64,000 nucleotides of DNA from Perna viridis (lineage: Eukaryota): the NCBI GenBank assembly GCA_037379345.1, contig CM074516.1, positions 48,583,626 to 48,647,625 on the forward strand, given 5' to 3'. The notes beneath the pieces were generated by a model that did no database searches, was not told the origin of the DNA, and saw only the letters and a program-made list of their open reading frames with translations. The position numbers and the translations under genes were made by a program. Below, in pieces: positions 54,201 to 64,000 of this stretch (positions are counted from its first letter, which is position 1; each line of letters starts with the position of its first letter).

Positions 54201-55252
54201 ATATCAAAACTTTCATTCTGGATGATTTATCAATGATAGAATCTAATAATGTTTAATATAACATATGCAGTGTGTGGGTCAGAGAAATTAAACAAGACTT
54301 CCATGACCAAATAAATAGTAACAAGTTTGTATCTAATGAAGGGAAAAATCAACAGCAGACATTGTTACAATTTTATAACATTGTATCTTAATAAATCTAT
54401 AAATTACAAAAAAAGCAATTTCTTATCAAATTTCATCTGATAATACTCACGTTCACATTAATTTCTTAAAAACATCAAATTAGAAAATTATACAGTCAAT
54501 ATTAAATGATGCAGATAAAACAATACTCAGGATTTGAATTTTCTCATCAGAAGAGCTGGGATTGACAAACTGCTGAACTAATTACAGATATAATATTAAG
54601 GCATTGAACACATTTCAAATAATTTGAGTTGTGAACTAGTTATCATTTAAATAAAATCTTTGAAAAATTTTTGAACAAGAGTTTTTTTTTGCCCAGTTTC
54701 ATCATTGCAGGATATTGATCTCAATATTTTATTACTGGTAATAATGGTTACTGATTATTTCACTTAACTCTTTAGATTTAACTCTTTCATAATAAAACAG
54801 TGTTGTCAATAAAGACACATATTTAGCATGTGAATTATGATATTTTTTATCTTTTTTTTTTTAGAACAATTCAGATTTGAGGGCTGATATTTTCTGAACA
54901 TACCTCTTTAGCATCTGTTAATATTTTCCACATGATGACAAACGTACACTTCCACACACATAAAAAATATTATTAGAATTTGAATTATAATCAAATATAT
55001 ATATATTTTTTTCAAACTACTCCACTTTATCTCAAATCTCTGCATAGGATGACACTCTTCAGGGCACAAATAATTATTTTTCAAACACCTCAAATGACAT
55101 TATTTTGTTTAATTGGATAAATCACATATTCTACACATGACTGGTAGGTGGAATTGTATTGTAATTCTGAACAGTATTTATATTTAACAATATAGAACCA
55201 TTTACTACAAAAACTATTTAACAGATATACATGTACACATAGATTGTTAAAC

Positions 55253-57370
55253 ACACCAGGTATGTGGACACATATTCCTTCACAAGGTATGTGGACTCAG
55301 ATGCCCCCACCACCAGGTAAGTGGACAGATACCCCAAGGTATGTGAACACAGATGCCCCATCAGGTAGGTGGATATATATGCTCCTACCAGGTATGCAAA
55401 CAATGATGCACCCACCAAGTAGGTGGAAATGGATGCTCCCACCAGGTATATGGACAGGGATGCCCTACCAGGTATGTGGACAGCAATGCCCCACAAAGTA
55501 TATGGACAGGGATGCCCCACAAGGTATATGGACAGGGATGCTCCCATCAGGTATTTGGACAGGGAAGCCCCCAACAGGTATGTGATCAGGGATGCTCACA
55601 CCAGGTATATGGACAGGGATGCCCCACCAAGCATATGGACAAGGATGTCCCCACCAGGTATATAGACAGGGATGTCCCCATCAGGTATATGGACAGGGAT
55701 GTCCCCACCAGGTATGTGGACAGGAATGTCCCCACCAGGTATATGGACAGGGATGCCCCCACCAGGTATATGGATAGGGATGCCCCCATCAAGTATGTGG
55801 ACAGGAATGTCTCCACCAGGTACATGGACAGGGATGCCCCATCAGGTATATGGATAGGGATACCCCAACCAGGTATGTGGACAGGAATGCCCCCACCAGG
55901 TATGTGAACAGGGATGCCCCCATCAAGTATGTGGACAGGAATGTCCCTCCAGGTACATGGACAGGAATGTCCCCACCAGGTACATGGACAGGGATGCCCC
56001 ATCAGGTATATGGACAGGGATGCCCCAACCAGGTATGTGGATAAGGATGCCCCACCAGGTATGTGGACAGAAATGTCCCCACCAGGTATATGGACAGGGA
56101 TGTCCCCATCAGGTATATGGACTGGGATGCCCCAACCAGGTATATGGACAGGGATGCTCAACCAGGTATGTGGACAGGAATGTCCCCACCAGGTACATGG
56201 ACAGGAATGTCCCCACCAGGTACATGGACAGGGATGCCCCATCAGGTATATGGACAGGGATGCCCCAACCAGGTATGTGGATAAGGATGCCCCATCAGGT
56301 ATGTGGACAGGAATGTCCCCACAAGGTATATGGACAGGGATGTCCCCATCAGGTATATGGCCAGGGATGCCCAACCAGGTATATGGACAGGGATGCCCCA
56401 ACCAGGTATGTGGACAGGAATGTCCCCATCAGGTATATGGACAGGGATGCCCCAACCAGGTATGTGGATAGGGGATGCCCCCACCAGGCAAGTGGACAGG
56501 AATGTCCCCACCAGGTATATGGACAGGGATGTCCCCATCAGGTATATGGACTGGGATGCCCCAACCAGGTATGTGGATAGGGATGCCCCACTAGGTATGT
56601 GGACAGGAATGTCCCCACCAGGTATATGGACAGGGATGCCCCATCAGGTATATGAACAGGGATGCCCCAACCAGGTATGTGGATAGGGGATGCCCCCACC
56701 AGGTATGTGGACAGGAATGTCCCCACCAGGTATATGGATAGGAATGTCCCCATCAGGTATATGGATAGGGATGCCCCAACCAGGTATATGGACAGGGATG
56801 CCCCAACCAGGTATGTGGACAGGAATGTCCCCACCAGGTACATGGACAGGAATGTCCCCACCAGGTACATGGACAGGGATGCCCCATCAGGTATATGGCC
56901 AGGGATGCCCCAACCAGGTATGTGGATAGGGATGCCCCACTAGGTATGTGGACAGGAATGTCTCCACCAGGTATATGGACAGGGATGTCCCATCAGGTAT
57001 ATGGACAGGGATGCCCCAACCAGGTATGTGGATAGGGGATGCCCCCACCAGGTATGTGGACAGGAATGTCCCCACCAGGTATGTGGACAGGGTTGTCCTC
57101 ATCAGATATATGGCCAGGGATGCCCCAACCAGGTATGTGGATAGGGATGCCCCATCAGGTATATGGACAGGGATGCCCCAGTAGATATATGGACAGGAAT
57201 GTCCTCATCAGGTATATGGACAGGGATGTCCCCATCAGGTATGTGGACAGGGATGTCCCCACCAGTTATATGGAGAAGGGTGCCCCACCAGGTATGTGGA
57301 CAAGGATGTCCCCACCAGGTATATGGACAGAGATGTCCCCAGCAGGTATATGGACAGGGATACTCCCACC
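55253..57370. repeat. Large GC-rich minisatellite, ~26-28-bp unit CCAGGTATRTGGACAGGRATGYCCCCA x~75-80
   Basis: Read directly; degenerate left edge and local 240-bp higher-order period (55981-56040 is identical to 56221-56280). Source of ~25 spurious ORFs. Confidence 0.97.
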
Positions 57371-57805
57371 TATAGTATTAAACATGAATAAGTTTCCGAA
57401 AAAGTGACTGAAACTTATCATACTAAAAGATCATCCTAAATTTCAAATCAGTCCTATGAAGGATGACAAAAAGATATAGAACCCCCAAAATGATGAAAGT
57501 CGCCTTCAGATCTCTACACCAAATAATAAAAAAATTATTCCTCGAATTTAAAAGTTATGGGTAATGATACATCGTGAAACGAATGTAAGGGTAACAACAA
57601 GACTTAATGTCTTACTCAAAAATCAGAAAATAAGTTGACCTAACACAACAGTAACATGATAAATACAACAACATAATAATTAATAAAGTTCAACTGCTTA
57701 GCTCAATTATACTGTAACTAGTCAGAGTGGCTGAAATTGAAAAATCATAAATTTAACTTTCTCATGTAAATTGACAATAGGGACAGAAACATACAATACA
57801 TTTAT

Positions 57806-58090
57806 AGATTAGTTGATTGGTTGCTTGTTGTTTTACACACATTAGCAAATATCATATTATGTCAAACGAGTTTAGCAGACCCTGCTATGAACTAGTCCAC
57901 TGAGCCAATTTTCAAAGGGGTGGCCAACAGAAGCATCAGCTGCAGGTAGACACATAACCCTGCTCAAACATATCATTCCAACTAAGGGCAAGCCAGTCAT
58001 CACTCTCTCTCTCTATTATGTGGCTTTGTCTATCAATTTTAAAGTTTTTGGTTTTTACAATCTCCCACATATGAGGCGAGTGTTTCATTG
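57806..58090 (-). mobile_element. Degenerate tRNA-derived SINE relic
   Basis: GATTGGTTG-type tail, then GCAGGTAGACA, CCAGTC, CAATTTTAAAGTTTTTGGTTT and GAGGCGAG in the order I recall for a common mollusc SINE on the reverse strand; not verified by search. Confidence 0.55.
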
Positions 58091-58865
58091 TGAGAGGCAG
58101 TTTTATCAACTGTCAGAAAGTTCAGTGAAGTAACAATCTTAGCACCAGTGAGTTAAACATCCTGAGCTTCTCTAGAAACACTGATACTGTTAAATCATAG
58201 AGTGACTTCAGCAGAGCAAAATAAAGAACCTAATTGCACCAATAGTTAGATGAAAGCTTCCCTGATGTGTACAAATTATTTCCCATATGTTTGAATGATA
58301 TAAAACTGAACAGTCATGACACTAAAATATCAAAGTGACACCAATTGTATATTTACCAAGCAAACATATTCAAATAGAAACTAAAAGCCAAACACAGCTA
58401 AGTTGTAAGGAGGGAGAAATAAAATTGTCCATTCTTTGAACAAAATGAAACTGTTATGTAGATAATACACCTTTAAAGGAAGAAGATATCATCAAGATCT
58501 CATCAATCAATTAGGTCAGTTTTTTTTGTAAATTTATAGATCTCATGTAATAACACTGGTACAGTGGGAAAAATAAAATATCACTTTATGTGATGAAATT
58601 ATCAAAACATTTTTGAAGATAATACTTTCAATGAAAGTGAGTAAACAAAACTATGAATAAATGAAAATAAACTTTTCTGAAAAAAAACTTTCCAAAATGA
58701 ATATAGGATAAAGAGATATTTTTATTTCTATATAATAATGATAGTAATGAAGCCCTTTAATGGAATATTCTAATTCAGTTTGGGAATGTATATCTTTAAG
58801 CTTGATGGTTTAAAAAAATCAAGAAAGTTAGGTCATAAAAATACTATTAAAATAAAGAGTAATAT

Positions 58866-59903
58866 GTTGTTGTACTGGGTATACCCCACCACTTGTTGTT
58901 GTACTGGGTATACCCCACCATTTGTTGTTGTACTATGTATACCTCCTACATGTTGTACTAGGTATACCCCACTTGTTTTTGTACTAGGTATCACCCCACT
59001 TGTTGTTGTACAAGGTATACCCCACTTCTTGTTGTACTAGGTATAACATCACATGTTGTTGTACTAGGTATACCCCCACTTGTTGTTGTACTAGGTATCA
59101 CCCCACATGTTGTACTAGGAATACCCCCACTTCTTGCTGTACTAGGTATACCCCACTTCTTGTTGTACTAGGTATACCCCACCATGTTGTTGTACTAGGA
59201 ATACCCCACCACATGTTGTAATATGTATACCCCACTTCTTGTTGAACTAGGTATACCTCCACTTGTTATACTAGGTATACCCCCACATCTTGTACTAGGT
59301 GTACCCCACCACTTGTTGTACTAGGTATACCCCACATGTTGTACTAGGTGTACCCCACTTCTTAATGTACTAGGTATACCTCCACAAGTTGTACTAGGTA
59401 CACCCCCACTTGTTGTTGAACTAGGTATACCCCCACATGTTGTTGTACTACGTATACCCCACATGTTGTACTAGGTATACCCCCACATGTTGTTGTACTA
59501 GGTATACCCCCACATGTTGTACTAGGTATACCCCAACTTGATGTACTAGGTATACCTCCACATGTTGTACTAGGTATACCTCCACATGTTGTACTAGGTA
59601 TACCCCACTTCTTGTTGTACTAGGTATACCTCCACATGTTGTACTAGGTATACCCCAACACTTGTTGTTGAACTAGGTATACCCCCACTTGTTGTTGTAC
59701 TAGGTATACCCCCACATGTTGTACTAGGTATACCACACCACTTGTTGTTGAACTAGGTATACTCCCACATGTTGTTGTATTAGGTATACCCCCACTTGTT
59801 GTACTAGGTATACCCCCACTTTTTGTAGTACTATATACACCCCCACATATTGTTGTACTAGGTACACCCCTACATGTTATTGTACTAGGTATACCCCACT
59901 TGT
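58866..59903. repeat. Minisatellite, ~23-28-bp unit (TTG)nTACTAGGTATACCCCCACAT x~40
   Basis: Read directly; unit length varies through the TTG and C runs. Confidence 0.96.
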
Positions 59904-62900
59904 ATATTTTTGGAGTTGTCTATGATAAATCTTTATTTTTAAACTTTCCCCTTTCCTGTTTTTCATATCACTTTATTAAAAAAACTGAGGAGGATGTGGT
60001 TAATGTATTATCTCAACTGTGTTAATGTGAATATGTCAATGTTTTCTGAAGAAAAAAAAATCATTTGTGGGATTAAATTACTTAGTATTTCATTAAAGTT
60101 AGGAGGAAAACACTATAAAAAGGGGCTCATTACCTTCCATCAATTATATTATACGCAACATACAATTGGTCAACTGGAAATACTTGAAAAGGTATTATGC
60201 ATTAATAAAGTAAGACAGTTTTCAAAATTGTCTCTTCACACATCCTCTCATCTAAAACACTGTGACAATTTACAAAAGTTGGCAAGTATGGTAGAGCACC
60301 TTTATAATGTGTGTAAAACATATAAAACACAGGTGCTTCACATTAAATTCATTTTGACTAATGAGTTAAGAGTTCTACTATGATAATATCTACAAATGTG
60401 AGTCAGACCTTTGGTTCCTTCCTCAATGATAAGAGATACATGTGTGCCAGCTATTAGATGCAAAACAATTTAAAAAAAAAACTAAGATTGCATGTAAATT
60501 AAAATTAGTGTTAGCGTGAATTCCTGAAATTTGTCATGTGCGTGTAATTTACTAGTTACTGCACTCAACACAGTGTGGATTAAACACAATAAAAGTCAAA
60601 CTTTTATAAGGTTTAAGAAAGCAATCGTTAGAAAATATCAATAAAATAAATCCTGATAGCATTTCTCTCACATTGTTCTAATTTTTTCTTTTTTATTCTC
60701 TCAAATCTCAAGAGAAACATTACTGGTGTAATTTGAATTGAGTGCGAATTTTATTATTTACTTTTCTTTGGATCTTTTTATAAACTTAAAACATCATTTT
60801 TCCCAAGATGACATGATGGTTGTCAACAGGCATGGATTGCAAATAGCATAGTAATGAAATAACTGAGAGTAAAACAAGCGACACCTTTGAAATTAACTAT
60901 CATTTTCTAAAATCTAAACAGACGACCATAATCTTCCTTTTATTCTAATGAACAAATAAAGGATTTTGATAATCAATATTTCTTTAAAGGTTCTGAAGAT
61001 GAGTTAGAAGAAATGGCAGGATACAGTTTTTTATAAATTGCCTGATTTCCATTTTGATAATGGTCGCAAAACATAGGTAAACAATTACAAAAGGAAACTC
61101 AGCGCATAGTTACGAAGAGCAGGACCATACCACGATGAATGTCGATAACAAACGCCCAGGAGATCGGGAATTGAGTATGTGAATCGGTTATTAAAGGTAA
61201 TATCCTGTACATTTACAAGACAAAGATGTTTGCCAAAGAAAGCGTTTCCTTTTCAAATAAATTCACGTTGACAGCAATTTTACAGGAAGTCATGTTAATG
61301 ATTGCGATGGTGGTCGTTCTCGTCAGCTGATGGAAACCTTTCATCAACCTTCATTAATCAAATCAAAGTTTCAAACCCATTGAGTCATTACTGCTTTCAC
61401 AAAACTAGTTCAGTAATTAAAAAATCATTTTGGTAAACTTTTTTTCTATGGCCATTTTTCTAAGCTAGCTTTTATCAACTTGTTCATTAATAAAACACTA
61501 TACATGTAAAACCATCCCTAATAAGATTTAATGATAAGTTTGTCATTTATTGTGAAAATACAATTTAATTAAATAAAAATTAAAAAAAAAAAAGAATTTC
61601 TAAAATTCATCTTTATTATTTTTGTGTAAAAAGCATCCACATTTTCAAATTTTATTTGCATGTAGTTTTTTTTGGGTATAAAAAGACTAATTTTGTTTTA
61701 AATACAAGTGACCTCCACTCAATTTAACTGGATACATAACAATTTCAAATGAAATTTTGTACATTATTTGTAATAAAATTTGAATTTCAATGAATCTAGA
61801 AACTAAACTATAATTAAAAAATAATAGATAAGACTTTTAGTTCTATGTCTTTTAATCATTTTTGATGAATGGTACAGCACAATTTTATAGTAATCCATGG
61901 ATTTTAATGTACATTATGATGTATGAAAGTGTGCTATAAGTATTGATATTATAGCTTATGTACAATTTTACTCACTTTGAGCATCAATTAATCAACCTCA
62001 TGATCTTCTATAAGAGAAACAGGTGTCAACAAAGTCTCTCCAATATTTATTTCTTCCATTGAATAGTCTAGAAAACAATATAGAACCTTATAGTTTTTAA
62101 TCTTTTTTTCTTACATAATACATGTTACAAACATATGTATTTTGCTGAACGAGTATAGGAGTTCATTTTATACTTAAAAGATTTAATATTATACATGTAT
62201 CAAGAATTTTCAAAAATGTGGACCTTTTTTAGCATCATCTTCCTTCATATCTTGAGATATACTCCAAAATGGCAGTCATATTTCCCTACCTGTTAACCCT
62301 CCAATATGAGACAGACTCCCACATTTGAGCTCCCACAAATTATTTATTGCTATAGTTCCCACGTCTTTCTTTTATGTTGTTTTTTTTAATATCTTATAGT
62401 TTTAGCACAAAATTACACCAAAAAATAGTATAAAAGTTGGGTATCTCCTATATGTACTAATTCTCCGAGGTTAACAGGCTAATTTCTTTCCTATCAATTA
62501 CTAAGGACTGTTTGTTTCATTGGTGTTTTTAGTAATTTATTTTAAATGTTTCACACTAAACATTTAAGGGACACCATACATGGAAGGGAGTTTTAGCCCA
62601 GTACTTCTCTGAAATGAAATCTTTGGTAGAGTTATGCTGATTGTAATTTTTTTTCCAAAATCTTTATGCCTACACAGAAATAGAAACATCTAAATAACAA
62701 TCTTAACAATTGACTTATCAGAAAATGGGATAGATAACCAATGACCAGTGATCAATCTGATTATAGTTTTGTAATAAAATGGTGGCTGATTCATTCAAAA
62801 TGTCAATTCTTTAACAATCTAACCAATCAAACTTAACTTAATTTGAACTTAAAATAAAAATTGTTGCATTAACTTTTTAAAATCTTTATTCTAAAAAAAT

Positions 62901-63007
62901 GCATATGTTAAAAAAATTGTGTCAAAACTCATATTTGTAAATATGTCAGTAAAAGGAAAAAGAAAACAATATTCCATATATTATATGAATCTATCAGGAG
63001 TCACATA

Positions 63008-63500
63008 AGCAAGTGGTCAGTGGGTTCTGAAGAGCAAGTGGTCAGTGGGTTCTAAAGAGCAAGTGGTCAGTGGGTCCTAAAGAGCAGTGGTCAGTGGATT
63101 CTAAAGAGCAAGTGGTCAGTGGGTTCTAAAGAGCAAGTGGTCATTGGGTTCTAAAGAGCAAGTGGTCAGTGGTTCTAAATAGCTAGTGGTCACTAAATTT
63201 TAAAAAGCAAGTGATCACTGAATTTTAAAGAGCAATTGGTCAGAAGATTCTATAGAGCAAGTGGTCAGTGGGTTCTAAATAGCTAGTGGTCACTATATTT
63301 TAAAAAGCAAGTGGTCACTGGATTCTAAAGAGCAAGTGGTCAGTGGATTCTACAGCGCAAGTGGTCACTGGATTCTATAGAACAAGTGGTCACTGAATTT
63401 TAAAGAGCAAGTGGTCAGAAAATTCTATAGAGCAAGTAGCCACTGGATTCTAAAGAGCAAATGGTCACTGGATTATAAAGAGCAAGGGTCACTGGATTTA
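63008..63500. repeat. Minisatellite, 25-bp unit AGCAAGTGGTCASTGGRTTCTAAAG x~20
   Basis: Read directly; variants drift along the array. Confidence 0.95.
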
Positions 63501-64000
63501 CAGATCAGCTTGATGAATGGATAATTATGGTTTACTTCATAAAAAGTAGTTATTGTACATTTGATCATAAGTAATGACGTCATAAAAGAAAATAGCATTT
63601 TGAAGTAATAACTTACAATCAACTACACACTTGCATTTTTTTGTAACTGATTGATGATCAATGACTGATAGAAAATTAGTTGCATGATTAAGTTCAGTTT
63701 TGAAACTGTGAAACAGACTATGCTATAAAAAAAACCTATAGATCACAGCATGATATGACCACAGTATGTTGAATTCTGTTCACTTCATACAAGTGTGGTT
63801 TGATACAATTAAGCATAGGGACAGTAAGTAAACATAGTAAGGACACAATAACTCATTTAAACACAATTATGCACAAAATTTGAAAATCTGTAATGGAATA
63901 TTTAAAAAAAATGTCATAAACAACACATTGATCACAAACTATCAGAATCAAATTTTCAAAAAACTTTTTTTATCAATTCAAAATATACAACCTATTTTCC

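Noticed and set aside
55218-57407. Many overlapping 60-270 aa ORFs on both strands
   Set aside because: All are translations of a ~27-bp minisatellite that is nearly stop-free in several frames; no domain or splice support.
59994-60383. 129-aa plus-strand ORF
   Set aside because: No recognisable motif; composition is typical of AT-rich non-coding DNA.

Overview
AT-rich animal genomic DNA, most likely a bivalve mollusc, judged from the repeat families and the protein sequence. One protein-coding gene dominates the window: an aryl hydrocarbon receptor (AHR, bHLH-PAS) on the minus strand. I reconstructed it by hand as 10 coding exons from ATG 50746 to position 1, and it continues beyond the window edge. 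All introns are GT-AG, the frame is continuous, and 684 codons lie in the window. Introns 1 (~17 kb) and 2 (~21 kb) and the ~13 kb upstream region hold about 15 unrelated minisatellite arrays plus decayed mobile elements: a Penelope-like RT fragment, a CR1/L2-like LINE 3' end, Helentron/HINE-like elements, MITEs and SINE relics. The most unusual observations are: (1) the exon 7 splice donor is tandemly amplified five times, with an in-frame TAA, so any distal donor would give a 283-aa bHLH/PAS-A-only product; (2) a perfect 92-bp inverted duplication in intron 1 carries a canonical kappaB site; (3) a 2.1-kb upstream minisatellite has units matching the NF-kB consensus; (4) upstream ATGs occur in all three frames just before the AHR start. 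Nearly all ORFs in the supplied track are spurious. I see no CRISPR array, rRNA or tRNA gene, and I cannot claim a new biological system from sequence alone.
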